Shown one piece after another: positions 36,713 through 50,119 of a stretch of DNA of 64,000 nucleotides. Under the pieces are notes generated by a model. The model made no database searches and was not told the origin of the DNA. It saw only the letters and a list, made by a program, of their open reading frames with translations. The stretch is taken from NCBI RefSeq assembly GCF_018977255.1, contig NW_024704743.1:79548001-79612000 (forward strand). The letters run 5' to 3'. Numbering within the stretch: the first letter of the stretch is position 1; every line of letters begins with the position of its first letter. The DNA is from Callorhinchus milii (Eukaryota). Made by a program: the position numbers and the translations under genes.

Positions 36713-36770
36713 TTAATAGTGAAGGAGACAATTAACAGTGAAGGAGACAATTAATGAAGGAGACTGTTAA
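36713..36770 (+). repeat. Short tandem repeat, about 3 copies of aacagtgaaggagacaatt
   Basis: Read directly from the sequence. Confidence 0.8.
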
Positions 36771-37404
36771 AAACACAACAGCACGGGTTGAGGTTTGGTA
36801 CTTAATGGAAATGAAAATGCATTAGATTGAACTGGTAGTAAGTTTATTTTGTCTACAAAATACGTAGTCATTACACTTTACAGTATATCCTGGCTTTGAG
36901 ACATTCTCCCCCACGTGAAATGCACTGTATCAAATGCAAAGATTATTTATTATATATTAATTTTTAAGTACCATTTATATTTTCAACTCCCATATAAGGC
37001 ACAAGCAGACTCTCAGTAGCCTTGTCTCTGTAACTCCTAGAGGATTACATCGACTTTGGTTTAAGTCAGGACAAAATGACCTGAGCTAAACAAGATTTCC
37101 CAAGGGATCACAAAGGTTATCACTTCATCCCAGGACGTGCTATGTTATTTGCCCGAAGCATCTACTGATTTACTGATGAAATCACAGGGGATTCACATCA
37201 GGCACATACACTGACGTAACTTCCCAGGGAACTGTGGGGACGAGCTAGCAGTCTTTAAAGTTGGTCAGATAAATAGCTTTCTGCCACCATTATTGGCAAG
37301 TGGCACAGTTTGATTAAACTCCAGCAGAATCTAAATACAAACTTGAAGGTCCCCAAACCTTAGCTTTTGCCAACTTGTGTCTAAATACTCCAGGAATAAG
37401 GACA

Positions 37405-37800
37405 TAACAACAATAATTTCATTTATATACTACTTTACACATTAGGAAGAGATCTCAACTCGCTTCACACATCTGTCTGGAAGCCTGGTTCGGGAAGGGG
37501 CTGAGGAGGGTGGGTGATAGTGAATGGGGGATGTAAGAAGGTGACCAAAAACACAGTTAAAAGTTGGGCTTTAAAAGCAAGGAAGGAAGGGGTGAGGTGG
37601 AAGGACTTGGGGAAGGAGGTCCGGAGAGCCGGTGCAGAATAGATGAAAGTTCACTCACCAATGGTGGGATGGGGCAGATACGGCAAGGGACATGAGGCCT
37701 GCCAGTGTTCACTGAGTGGCAGGAGGGGCCAAGGAAGTACAGTGACACGAGGTTATAGAGTGAGGCAAGTGGATCTCTCTGAGGAGAGAGTGCACACTTC
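37405..37800 (-). mobile_element. Old L2 3' fragment
   Basis: (CAA)n tail and G-rich antisense of the ORF2 C-terminus. Confidence 0.65.
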
Positions 37801-37842
37801 ATATCAGACCAACTTTAGCTTTTTTTCGTTAACACGACGAAA

Positions 37843-38148
37843 CTTGTTAGGCAAGTTTCCTTACTCCATGTGCCTCTATTTACCTAGCGGTAAGTAGGAA
37901 CCTGGTTGTTAGTCAATTGGGGGATGGCTTTTCCGGGGGTAATAATCCCTTCCAAAATTTTTTAAAAAATAATAATAATGTGGTCGCTCAATCCCCGACA
38001 GTTCGTTGGACACTGCTGTGTGCAATTGGCTGCCGCATTTCACTCACAATATATAAGGTCAATTCACTTTACAGCATACTCTATGAAGTGCTTTGAGACA
38101 TCTCGAAGATGTGATAAGGCGCTATATCAAATGCAAGGATTACTATTG
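37843..38148 (+). mobile_element. tRNA-SINE, long subfamily, head missing
   Basis: ggcaagtttccttactcc..tttacctagcggtaagtaggaacctggttgttagtc..tail. Confidence 0.88.
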
Positions 38149-38216
38149 TATTGTTATATTTTAGCTTAAGATCACATTCTGGGCTCACATTCCACTGCAG
38201 TACTGGGGGAGCATAA

Positions 38217-38371
38217 AAATAATAATAATCCTTGCATTTGATATAGCACTTTTCAAGTCATCAGGCGTGTGGAGTAAGGAAACTTGCCCAAGGTTTCACC
38301 CTGCCGGGAATCGAACCCAGGTCTCACACTTGTGAGGCGAGTGCTCTAACCACTGACCTACAGGACTCCAC
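38217..38371 (-). mobile_element. tRNA-SINE with large internal deletion (head joined to tail)
   Basis: Head at 38265-38371 abuts the tail at 38217-38262. Confidence 0.82.
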
Positions 38372-39290
38372 ATGGTATTGTCATCTACGGTGCATTTGTT
38401 ACGTGAGCTATTCCAAGTCATTACCCCACATAAATCCCCAGCCAAAGGTTAGAAGAGGGGCAGAGGCTGAGTTGTTATTGTACATCAGAAAGTTCTTTCA
38501 AAGTGTCATCATATTATGTTTGCACTTGGGAGGGATTTATTTATATGCAAATCATTACTTGGGTATGAAACACTGTGTGCTTGTGTCTGTGTTGTTTTTC
38601 CTAAGAGGTTTTCTTTGTAAAACAGAGAGCTTAACTCAACAATGAAATCCATCCATTCACTACACAGATCATCTTCCTTATTATTTTACCTCATATCATG
38701 GGTATATTTCTGTTTCTTTCGGCCGCAGTCAAATTATTCTTAACCTTTTGCACTATAGTTTTCCACTATGAAAATTGCAACACTCATCAAAATTCTTTTT
38801 ATTTATTTTTGTTGGTTAACCAGAAGTCACGGGAACCAATGGTCTTGACTGGTATCAATTTGGATGAGTTGGCAGCATTATTTATTTGCACGAGGACTTA
38901 TTTGTGTATGGCACTCTCCTCAACCAAAACAATGGAATTAGGAGCTTTCAACATAAGCATCGCATTCAGCATCGCATTTCTTTGAATTAATAAAAATAGT
39001 AACCCTTGCATATGATATAACGTCTTATCAAAGTGCTGTAAAATGTATATTTAGTGGGTGAATACAGCAGCCAATATGCCACAGCAATGTCCCACAAACA
39101 GCCATGGATTGGGTGACCAATTTTATTCCTGTCAATAGCTCTTTAGTTCAGTGTTGTTCAAGCTGAATGAGCTAATTTGGATCTAAAGCTGAATCAAAAT
39201 GGAACCAAATAGCAAAATGCAAAATGGTACAGGAGGCAAATCTTTGGAAAAGGTCATACATCATTTGTCAGCTAACTGGCTGCAACACAT

Positions 39291-39441
39291 TGGGGAGAAA
39301 TTTCACTTGAATTCCTCTTTCAGGAACTTCAGAAAACTGACTTTGAAGTTAAAACTGAATTGATCAAATTTATCAATTCTGGACGCTCTAAAAATGTTAC
39401 ACAAATAGAGTAAATGTAGATCCAAGTGGAATTTCTCCTCA
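39291..39441. mobile_element. MITE-like element with about 20-bp TIRs
   Basis: tggggagaaatttcacttg / caagtggaatttctcctca. Confidence 0.7.
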
Positions 39442-39470
39442 GATAAATTATAATCAACTTTTTGGGGGGA

Positions 39471-39892
39471 GTCAGTCAGGCGTCTGACACATGCGGAGGT
39501 CTATCACATGCTTAAGAATATTCAAACCAACCTAGGAGTATCCTTCTACGAATGGAAATTCCTAAGAATTGGGATGGATTGCGCACAGTCTCTGGAGGGA
39601 GGGACACATCTTGCTTACCTTGGGGGCCACAGAGGTTACATTGGGGGACTCCTAAAACCAGCTAAAACTTTTGAAACTGGTTAAACTCTGGAAGTACCCC
39701 AAAGCACACTCTGGGCTGTCCAAGCCTTGGCTCTTGCCAACCTGCCCCTCCACGAAGAGAGTGTGCATTCCATTCCAGACATAGGGAGGTTTCCATGTGT
39801 AAATGGCATACATATATGGAAGACTAGAGTCTGATTGTGATACTCTTAAGCATGGTGATAGGTTTCTGCATGTGTCAGATGCCGGGCTGACC
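39471..39892. mobile_element. Non-autonomous DNA transposon with long imperfect TIRs (longest copy here)
   Basis: gtcagtcaggcgtctgacacatgcgg..ctatcac.atgcttaagaata / tactcttaagcatggtgataggtttctgcatgtgtcagatgccgggctgac. Confidence 0.85.
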
Positions 39893-41567
39893 CAAAATAT
39901 GTATGGAGCAGGAAGATATCACATTTATGCCTTGGTATATGGTGTCTGCTGTGTTCAAACAGGAGAATGATGTTAATAATCACCTCAGCAATACAAGGCT
40001 AGGGAGAGGGAGCATTGACCACTCCATATTGCTATCCAGCAAGGGCTGCTGGCAAGTATATGTGTGTGGATCACAAAGACAATTCTGTTTTGAAATTTAA
40101 AATTTCCACAGTTTTTAAAAAGATCTTAGATTTTATGATAAAACTAGTCTTATAGGCTTAGACTAGCTAAACCTTGAGGCCTCAGGTGAGGAGGCAACAG
40201 TGAGTGGGAATATAATTACCCCAATAAATAAATAATCCCGTGATGCTACCTGTTGAGGCGCACACATAAAGAATGACTCTTGATTGAGCTGGAGGAATGG
40301 AGTTGGTGCCCATGCAAGCCCATTAGTGTGTGGAGGGAAAGTTGATCTAGGACACCATTGACAAATAATAATAATGATGACAAACATAATAATAATAATA
40401 ATAATAATAATGACAAATATCTATACTTATATCTATACATCTATACGGAATGTACATATGGAAACAGCTTGTATATCCGTTAGTTATTAAAGAACTGTTA
40501 TGTGTATTACATAGCCTTTAGTCAGGTTACATCAAAAATGCATTCTCATGGATACCCATATTAATGGCATCTGTCTCAAAACAAAGTGTTCCTTGTGTTC
40601 AGAAAAGCTCCTACTGATTGCTTCAGTGAAACGTATTGAATGAGCCCAGCTTCCTGTCTCCATTCCTCTTAGTCTCATCAACATGACTCTTGTCCTGCCA
40701 TTTGCTGAGCTGCATGGGAGGCATGCATAAATTCCCTGAGGCCTATGTAAGGATTTTAAGCCTGGTCAGAGCCTTTCCTCATCACTCAACTCTAAGTGTG
40801 CTAAGGCTGCTTCCGCTGACCAAGGCTAATTGCCCATGAGCAGAACTAATGCACAACCCAACGCATCCTGTGCTAGTCATGGGTATTTTTAGCTGAAATT
40901 AAGACAATAAGGAGATTTAGAACATCTGTTTAATATTTTACTCCATCCACACAAGCTGCATCATGGTATCAGGAAGCGCTTATATCCCAGATAATGACAC
41001 TTGCGGCTAACTTGCCTTATGTCTTAATACAGAATGTGTAATTATCACGTTTTGAGAATGTTGAATGTGTTGTGTTCTGGATTCGATGTTTGACGTGGTT
41101 GATGAAGCTTTCAACATGTTGATCATTGCTCAAATTTGTTATAAAGGAATCGGTTAAGAAATACTACAAATTGGACTCCATAATTATATTTTTCCAGGAT
41201 ATTTGTTACTGCCACAAGAAAATATTTAAGGCCAATTTATAGCAGGTCTCAGAAAATGGATAGTCCGGTGCAAGTGACATAAAACAAAAGGAATTTCAAG
41301 CAAAGAATAGCAATAATAAAATACAGCACGAGCACTACTGAATTCAAACTGGACTAAATTTAAATGAGCAGACTATTTGGAATTCAATCTGCAGCCACCC
41401 ATCAGCAGCTTGCATTGCACACAAAGTGTAAAATCTGGTTTTGCCTGAACTTTGTCCTTGGCTAGACAAAAGCTTTGTTTTATGTATCGGAAGACACAAT
41501 GATAAAAATATTCAATGTATTTTACTTGTAGCAGGAAAAGTGATTGAGAAAACATGAGTTTTTCATA

Positions 41568-41980
41568 CAACAACACCAAAATTACATTTATAGAGCACCT
41601 TTCACGTTGGGAGGATGTTCCAAGATGCTGGACAGTCAGGGGTCAGGACCCAAGCATGGGGGAGGGGTGGTGAAGGGGTGAGGGAAGGCAGAGAGGTGGG
41701 AGGGCGACTGAAGGTACGATCGAAGAGGAGGGTCTTGAGACCGACCTTGAAGGAGGCAAGGGAGGAAGCAAGGTGAAGGGACTGTGGAATGGGGCAGAGA
41801 GGCTGAAAGCCCGGCCACCAATGATAGGGCGGGTCGGGCGGGAGACATGGAGCAGGCCAGAGCCCACTGAATGGAGGGAGCGGGCAGGTTGGTAGGTAGT
41901 CAGCAGGTCAGAGAGGTAGGAGAGGGAAGGCCATGGATGGCCTTGAAACTGAGGACGAGGATCTTGAATTTGATCCTCTG
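41568..41980 (-). mobile_element. L2 LINE 3' end
   Basis: GSGLLHV..GGRAFSLSAP; antisense of RIKFKIL at about 41955-41978; canonical tail. Confidence 0.92.
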
Positions 41981-42429
41981 AGCATGAAAAGCAAGCAGTG
42001 ACATGACTCTTCTGAATGTTGTCTGCAGCCCTGTTGAGTTACAAATGACTGAATTCAAATGTGCTTCTCATCTTTTGTGTAAATGGATCTGATCGATCTA
42101 ATTTCCGAGGCTTGGCTTTCAGTGTGTTGCAAGTAGCATAATGATCAGCCGGACAGTGTTATCGGTCAATAGTTGTCCATTGACAGCTATTGGTCTTTGT
42201 GAAGGATTGTTGTCAGTTAATGTGCAATAGATGGTAATGACATGACATGTCAAAGACTGAAGATCCCATGTCATTCATTATATGGCAATGTAATGTTGAA
42301 TGTTTGTCAGGTTTTAGGTGCATCCACATAGCTTGTGAATTCTGATTCTGTGGAGAAAACTTATGGTATCAGTGGATGTCTACTTGAATGTGTTACAGCC
42401 TATAACACACTCCATTCATTTGTTGTTGC

Positions 42430-42692
42430 AGCTGGCTAACTTTGGCTTGTTGCACATTCCCTTTCCTATCTGTGCCACCAGCAGTGGCCAAGTTTTCCAA
42501 TTCTATACCCCAAACCTCTGGAACTCAATCTCCAATCCTTTCATCTCTATCTGCTTTCAAAACCTACTTCTTTGACTGCCTACGGCCACCTCATTTCCAA
42601 TTCTCCCTCCCTCCTGCTCAGTGTCTGCCTCACCACTGCAAAGACATTAACTTGTTTAAAGGGCGCTATATAAATGTAAGTTGTTATTGTTA
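42430..42692 (+). mobile_element. Old L2 3' end
   Basis: GLLHIP..PNLWNSI..FKTYFFD; gggcgctatataaatgtaagttgtt. Confidence 0.75.
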
Positions 42693-43187
42693 TCTTAAAC
42701 CCTGTCATGCTATCTGATTGCAAGATATACAGTCCATGTTTCCCAGAAACCAAAAAAATCAGCTTTATTTCTCAATAAACGCATCATAAATTGTTTTAAT
42801 TATTAATGCTTATGTGTGGATGCCTTGCACATAATCATAGAAATTGTCAGCATAAACAGAGGCCATTCAGCCAATTGTGAGTCAGTGCCACTGCTCCCTG
42901 TATTGGTAAATTACCCTTTTATTTTCTTATTCTCATTTTACCAGCTCTTTCCCCATATACCCAAATGGGTTTTATTTTAAGCTGTCCATCAATGAATTGA
43001 TCTTGATGCATCACTCATGTTGAGTTCACTTCCCACTGGTATTAGCATTGAGAAAGCAGCAGTCAGGGGAGAGGAAGCCAGATTCAGTGGTGACTAACAC
43101 CATGCCATTAATGGGATGTGCTATGAAGAGATTCTTTGGACCATTGTCAAGCTTGCATTCTCCTCTCGTGGTTCAGGTGACACTTAC

Positions 43188-43348
43188 TCTCTGCTCTCAC
43201 GGTTTATGATGTCATCCAAACCCTTGATCGGATTACTTCTGTGCAATCATTTCCCAGGTATCCATTTCCCTCTGTTTATGGTCCAGATGCCTCAGGCATC
43301 ACACACTAGTATCATTTGGCTCGACCTGGTTTCGGTTGGTAACATTTC
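43188..43348 (-). other. Candidate spliced non-coding exon (161 nt)
   Basis: Minus strand: branch-point CACTGAC about 25 nt before tcttcAG, and donor GTAAGT after 43188; stops in all three frames. Confidence 0.35.
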
Positions 43349-44184
43349 CTGAAGATATATAATATAATGACAGTCAGTGAAAAGTAGTGTCTTTCATCTT
43401 CCTACGTGAACTATTTCTCAAGTTTAACAATGTGCTGCTTGGTGTACTTGAATCACCCTTTTCTTCTGACAATAAAAAAGAATATAGGTTAAGCTAATGG
43501 CAAATGCATCAGCATCAGTGATGGGAAATTTTCAGAAGGGCAAAGGTTAATTGACACATGATAACTGTTAATGACTCAACAGAACCTAAATAAGCCAGAA
43601 AAGCATTGAAACCAGAATCCCACAACATCATTTTTCAAAAGAATCCATGGGAAATTGGCACAGTCCATCAAAATAAAGTTGGTCTGTAATTTTTATATTC
43701 TAAAACTCCAAATGCCAGAAATAGTTTATTAATTTTTGATTTCCCACTCAATTGTTCCCAGTTCTTTCTTTCCCGCGAGGCCACTCAACTCCACATAACC
43801 TCTTGCAGCTGGGAGGGCAGGGAACAAACCTCACAGCTACTAACAATACTTACAGTTCCGTCATCAGCCAACAGCAAATAAACACTGCTTTAAACTCTTC
43901 CCAAAAAGACAAAGCTTCACTGTGATGGGAAAAGGGTAAATTTTGCTTTTAGCAGGCCTAGATTAAGTTTTCAACATGCTGGTTCCTGTTTTCTGGCTGA
44001 TGCACTGTAGGTTTGGGTCAAAGAAGTGAATAAATCTGATGCCTTTTAAGACTCCTTTTTAATTTAGAATGTAAGCATTTTGTCTCTTTTTCTTTTCTTT
44101 TCCTACCATTTGTTTTCTTCCTTTTCTCTCACTTCAGTTTCCGAATTGCCCCTGATCGTGGTCATATCTATTGTCTCTGGTCTC

Positions 44185-44420
44185 ATGAATTCACGACTTG
44201 AATTCACATCATCTAGGCTGACACTCCAATTAAATACTGGGGATGTGGGTTGCATTGTTGGAGGCACTGTCCTTCAGATGAGACATTAAACCGAGGTCCC
44301 ATCTGCCTGTTCAGATACCATGGTACTATTTAAAAAGAAAGGGGAGTTTCTCCTTGGGTCCCGGCCAACAATCTTTCAAATAAAATGAGTCATTAGTTTC
44401 ACTGCTGTGGGACATTGACA
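44185..44420 (+). mobile_element. Deu-domain SINE fragment
   Basis: taggctgacactcca..gtccttcagatgagacattaaaccgaggtcccatctgcctgttcag. Confidence 0.82.
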
Positions 44421-44454
44421 TTGCAACTGGTCTGCTGTACTGGTAACAAATACA

Positions 44455-44806
44455 CCGCAACAACTTGCACTTATATAGCACCCTCCATGCAGGGTAGCGT
44501 CTTAGAGCGCTTAACAGAGACTGACTGAGAGCCAGTGGGGGATAACCGTAAGCAAGGTCGAAAAGGAAGGTTTTCAGGTGGGACTTGAAAAAGGGGAGAG
44601 AGGAGGCAAGGCGGAGGGATTGAGGGAGAGTGTTCCAGAGTTTCGGGGGGGTAATGGCTGAATGCGCGACCTCCAGTGGTGGAGTGGAGGGTGCGAGGGA
44701 CAAGCAGGAGGCCAGTGCCAGTTGAGCAGTGGCGCCGGGTAGTGGACTGGGGAATGAGGAGGTTGAAGAGGTAGGGAGGTGCCAAGGAATGAAGGGATTT
44801 GAATCT
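44455..44806 (-). mobile_element. L2 LINE 3' end (second tail type)
   Basis: FKSLHSLAPPYL..GGRAFSHY..KLWNTLP..FKSHLKTFLFD. Confidence 0.9.
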
Positions 44807-44841
44807 GCTCATCTTATTCTCCCTTTATCATTATTTGTTTT

Positions 44842-44900
44842 GGTTAGCCAGGAGTCTGACACATGCAGAAACCCATCACCATGTTTAAGCGTATCCAAAT
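44842..44900 (+). mobile_element. Solo left TIR of the 39471-39892 family
   Basis: ggttagccaggagtctgacacatgcagaaacccatcaccatgtttaagcgtatccaaa. Confidence 0.75.
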
Positions 44901-47281
44901 CACTATAGTTAGCAACCTTTTGAGGAGAAAGAACTATAGAGAAGAAAAGTTTAACATTTCATTACATGTTTAATTCAACTTTAAAAGTCAGGGAGATAGG
45001 GTACTCTGTATCACTGTATCAATTGTCACTGGGACATGTCCAGAAGCTGGTTGTCCCATGGTATCTCAGATAACTCAAATGGAACATCTCAAAGCACTTA
45101 TAAGATATACCATAAGGGGAGTGATTCTGTACTTTGTGACAAATCATTGAAATTACAGCATTGGAGAAGGCTACTTGGACCATCAAGCCATCAAATGCAA
45201 GGATTATTATTATCAAGCCATCTGATGCTAACTCATCCATTGGAGCGAATTGTTCCAATATCAATTCCCTACTCTTTCTCTGTACCTTTTTATACTTTTC
45301 TTGTTCAAATATTTATCAAATTCCTTTTTAAATGACGCACCAGTCTCAGCCTAAACAGCCACTTGTGGCAAAATATTCTGTATTCCGTTTTTCCAGTATG
45401 AAAATGTTTCTCCTAACCTTCCCCTTAACCCTTTCCAGTGACAATCTGAGTTAATAGTATTGGTGATGGGTTATCACTTCAGTTGTCAGTGCGGAGTAAG
45501 TGGCTAGCTGACCCACATTCACTGCTGACACATGCAGTCCTAAACATGCAGATTAGCCCCATTTGTTTTTTTACTAAATACTTACCATTAAACCTCTGTG
45601 CAATGCTACATTGTTCATCTCTACAGTTCTTTCTTGAAGGATTACTAGTAGTTATTCTCCCTTTTGCCCACAGAAAACACAGTCACTACACTTTACAGTA
45701 TATCCTATGAAGTGGTTTGAGATATCCTCCTGATGTGTATGGCATTATATTATTATTATTATAATAAGTTGAGCTCCAATTCTTTTAAAAGAAGAAGTTC
45801 AGGTGAGTCACATTTAAATGCCAAAAGCAAATAACCCTGTTTCCAAACCATATGTAGAAATGCTAGGACTTTAACAGAAAAATAACCTTTAATCAATATT
45901 TTACTTAACCTGTATAATTGCTACATATAATGTAAAATTTTAGCTAATGACCTGCTTCACAAATCATCTCCAGCTGTAGCTGCCTTGTTGTAACACTGCA
46001 GGCAGGTCTGCTGACTTTATTTACTGCTTTATGAAAACATTATGTTTATATATTATCAAAATATCATAAAAACTATCAAGATTGTAAAATGGAGGTGTGC
46101 TTGAAACCTTAGTAATTAAAGAAGGGTTGTTCTGTTGGATCCAATAAGCTTGGAGTAAATTCCTACAGTGATATATTGCAGGTAGACTTTCACCTTCTCA
46201 TGTGCATTTGGAGGAACGCTAGCTAACAGTGTTTGAAATTCCAAAGATTCGTATAGATGTGTGATATCACAAGAAAAGGAATTCCAAGTGGTCAGAAAGA
46301 GTTCAGGGTTTTGTAAATTGTGTGTTCTGGAGCGTGCTGCATTTTATAGGATTAACAGCGCCTCCTGTTTAGCTCAGACAAAAAGATTCTTGTTCCCTTC
46401 CCTGTTGTGTACACATCTAAAAATAGGATGTTGCCTTTCTTTTTCAATCTTGTAATCGCAAACTGTGAGCACCACAAGTACGTTGTTGATGGGTAAGAGC
46501 ATTTAGCCTCTGTGAATGAAAGGGATCATTTGATTCCGCTTATGTTTATTGGAGTGTTACTGAGGCCACAACAGGGTGAGAGTTGAATATCCAATTCCCT
46601 GCAATAACACTTATTCTCCTACATACAAAGTGTATTTCTGTCAAACACCCAAACGCAGCAAAAATATACATAAATAAACAATTCAAAAGCTAATATACCA
46701 AGGGATGGAGAAGGAAAGAGTAGCTAAGGGAAGACATAAGTCTTCATTAATGCTGGCTACAGCTGAGCAATGACCAACTGCAAATTGAATAGAATGGTAG
46801 AACCACTATATTCAGTACAGCAAATCATGTCAGTGGTATATGAATGGACTGACTGTTTCTATTTGTGTCCTGTGAGGATATTTGTGAATGAACACTTGAT
46901 GAAATAATCAAGATTTAATTGGTAGTATTCCTAAATGGGATTCCTTCATAAAGAATCCTGTCAGAGTTTCTGGATCACTGTTCCAGAAGTAGATTACTTC
47001 GGAATAGAGTTCTCGTACGATGTCCTGATGTACTTCCAGTTGCCATAAGGACTCCCCATTTGCAGAACTCAGATTTCTCCAGGAATCCCATTAAGAAACA
47101 AAAACAATAATAACTTATACTATATAGTGTGATTCGCATTGAAAAACATCTCAAAGTACTTTAATACTGAAATGTGTACCATTACATGTTTGATTTTTCA
47201 ATTTAAGGCCTGTTAGAAATTATAATTTATGTCTATCTCTGTGTGTCCTTACAGTATGTAATTATAATTTATCACTTTTGT

Positions 47282-47596
47282 GGAGTCCTGTAGCTCAGTG
47301 GTTAGAGCACTCGCTTTGCAAGCGAGAGACCTGAGTTCAATTCCAGGCAGGGAGAAACCTTGGGCAAGTTTCCTTACTCCACACGCCTAATAATAATCCC
47401 TCCAAAAACAAAAACAATTATAAATTGGTCATTTTCAATCTACGACTGTTTGTGGGACATTGCTGTGCGCAATTGGCTGCCGCGTTCGCCCACAAATATA
47501 CAGTCAATTCACTTTACAGTGTGTTCTGTGAAGCGCTTTGGGACGTCCTCCCTACGTAAAAAGCGCTATATCAAATGCAAGGATTATTATTATTAT
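47282..47596 (+). mobile_element. Full-length young tRNA-Ala-derived SINE (short subfamily)
   Basis: Intact A and B boxes, body, L2-like tail and (TTA)n; nearly identical to the copies at 50242 and 56908. Confidence 0.96.
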
Positions 47597-49204
47597 AATC
47601 TGGATAATAAACTAATAAGAAGTGCTGGAGTGTGATACAGACAGACCACTAGGTAGCACTATACTTACTGTGATGTATAAGTTGTGTCTCTCTTACTCTA
47701 GGGAAGGTATTCGGTGGAGCAAACATTTTTAAAGTTTTTTTAAAATAATGAATTGTTTGGTGTTTTTGCAATATTAATTATAATAATTTGAGAAGTCTCC
47801 AAGTGTTTCAGAAAATATACTTCAAATGAATGATCTTACAATATTAAAAGAAGAGAGGGTTTGTGCTCTTGATCACTTTGCAGTGACATCTGCTGAAAAT
47901 TCCATTAATGTCCATGCACAATTCTTTTCCACTGGAAGATACTGGACAGTGACAAGGAAAGTTGTGGCTGATGTTTTCCCACCCTAGACTGAGAATTCTC
48001 ACTCCAAATGTAGTCCCCATATTATTGGCTGCTTTAGGTCAGCTAACTTACCACAGTCCAGGGATCAACCTTGGCATCTTCTTTTTAGGTCTCAGGGCTC
48101 AGTTTCACACTAGACAATGACTTTACTAACTGAGCCATTGGGAGAGCTTCAATTTTATATCTGCAGAGAATCTTAAACTCGTCAAACAGGATTATAATAA
48201 TAATAATAATAATTGTCAGTGATGTAGACTGGAATATCTTTCTATTTTTGTACAGCATTAAGTATTCTCAGGTCAGTGAATGACCGGTACTCATCACACA
48301 TTGCCTGAAGGAGCAACATTGCTGACTGAAGAGACAAGAGGGTTGTGTGTCAAGTCATCAAAGGCTTAAAACTGAAACTTGCTGAAGGTGCAAACTGTCC
48401 GAAATGTTACCAGGTGTCACAGCCAAATGATGTCTGTGCTGAAATCCAAACTTGTTTTCCAGGCACTTTCAATAGTTTGGATTCCCATGGAGAGGCAGGA
48501 CTGAATAGCCAAGGTGCATTGTAAGGTATTCTAAAGAGTCTCGGAGCATTTTAACTCCCTTCCCCCCTCTTTCCTCCCCTTCCACGAGGCTCAGTATTGA
48601 AGCTCTACTGGTCATTCATTTCTAGTATATTCTGTGAAATAATACCCTAGGAATGCCCAGGCAGGTGAAAGTTAGCCTGCAGCTGGTGATTGGAGACCCA
48701 ACAGGTGGAACTTCAAAGCCTCGCATGGTTCACAATACAATTACCGCTGTTCTTTTTCCCTGAGGTAAAGCCTGTTCTGAACTGTTTCTCCTTGATGTCA
48801 AAATCTGTGGAATTCCTCGCATGCTTTCAAACTGATGCTATAATCTGTGATTTGTACTTTCTTTAAAATTCACTGCCACCCAGTGTTTCAAAAACAACAA
48901 AGTCCAACCCTCCCAAACTACTGTTGGTATCTTCTGGAAAGAATGTTGTAATGAGGAAATAAAGCCTTTCTTAGCACATCCTTCAACACAAGTGGAGTTT
49001 GCTGACATTGTAACAGGATTCATTTCTCTAAGGTTTAACTGGGCAGCATCGAGCACCATAATGTTGTTGAAAAGAGACTGCACCTTCGAATACAACAGAT
49101 TTGCTTGGATAAATACATAAAGCATGGTGCATGAAAAATGTAGCTGCCATGTACTTTGGTTAACAGGTTAACCCAGCCCAAGTGTACACCTCCAACTATA
49201 ATAA

Positions 49205-49475
49205 GAAACAATAATAATACTTGCAGTTGATATAACACCACATCATATCAACTAGACATCTCAAAGCGCTTCTTGGGGTCAACTGTAAAGTGGATTAACT
49301 ATGTATTTTGTGGGCGAAACATGGCAGCCATTTTGCAAACAACAATGTCCCACAAACAGCCATGGAGTGAGTGACCAATTTTGTTTGTATTTGGGAGATT
49401 TGTTGGCCAAGACATCGGGAGAAATTCCCATCTCTTATTGAATGGTGTCATGGGATCTTTAATGTCCATCTGAGT
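49205..49475 (-). mobile_element. Deu-domain SINE 3' part
   Basis: Reverse tail plus catgggatctttaatgtccatctga. Confidence 0.82.
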
Positions 49476-49776
49476 AATGAATAGTAAATATCTCACAGTG
49501 ACCACCTAATTCCTTAATATATTATCTCAGACTTCTTCCCCTGACTGTGACACCCATGAGATTTCCTATTGTAAATATATAACAATTGTGTTTAGCAAAC
49601 AGAGTATGATGAGTGTTCACAATATCAGTTATGCCAACTAAGCATCTCAGCAAGGCTGGGAGGAAAAATCTGAGGAGAACACACTCAGAATCCTTTTGAA
49701 CAACAAACAAAACCAAGGTCTTAAAATAAGTAGACAATTAAAGAAGCAGTGAACAAGCTTAGATTATATGAGTCTT

Positions 49777-50086
49777 GTGGAGTCCTGTAGCTCAGTGGTT
49801 AGAGCACACGCTTTGCAAGCAAGAGACCTGGGTTGATTCCCAGCAGGGTGAAACCTTGGGCAACTTTCCTTACCCCACTTGCCTGATAATAATCCCTCAA
49901 AGAAAAAACAGTAATAACTTGGTCATTTCAATACACGACTGTTTGTGGGACACTGCTGTGCGCAATTGGCTGCCCCATTTCGCCCACAATTATACAGTCA
50001 ATTCACTTTACAGTCTATTCTGTGAAATACTTTGAGATGTCTAGAAGACTTGAAAAGCGCTATATCAAATGCAAGGATTATTATTA
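49777..50086 (+). mobile_element. Full-length tRNA-SINE (short subfamily, older tail type)
   Basis: gtggagtcctgtagctcagtggttagagcac..gagatgtctagaagacttgaaaagcgctat. Confidence 0.93.
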
Positions 50087-50119
50087 TATTAAAAAAAAGA
50101 TTGCTGTGAGGTATCACTG

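Noticed and set aside
36713..36770. CRISPR-like repeat array
   Set aside because: Head-to-tail tandem units with no spacers, in a vertebrate context
47282..47352. tRNA-Ala(TGC) gene
   Set aside because: It lacks a proper acceptor stem and continues into a SINE body present in many copies; it is a SINE head
47360..47635. Recurrent 83-91 aa ORF family ([21 protein letters not shown]..) as a multigene family
   Set aside because: These are translations of the SINE consensus with non-ATG starts, frequently broken by indels
47646..47659. CTCF site CCACTAGGTAGCAC
   Set aside because: It has A at a nearly invariant G of the core motif; unsupported without ChIP data
48838..49125. 95-aa minus ORF
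   Set aside because: No recognisable domain or strong splice signals; length is compatible with chance in 64 kb
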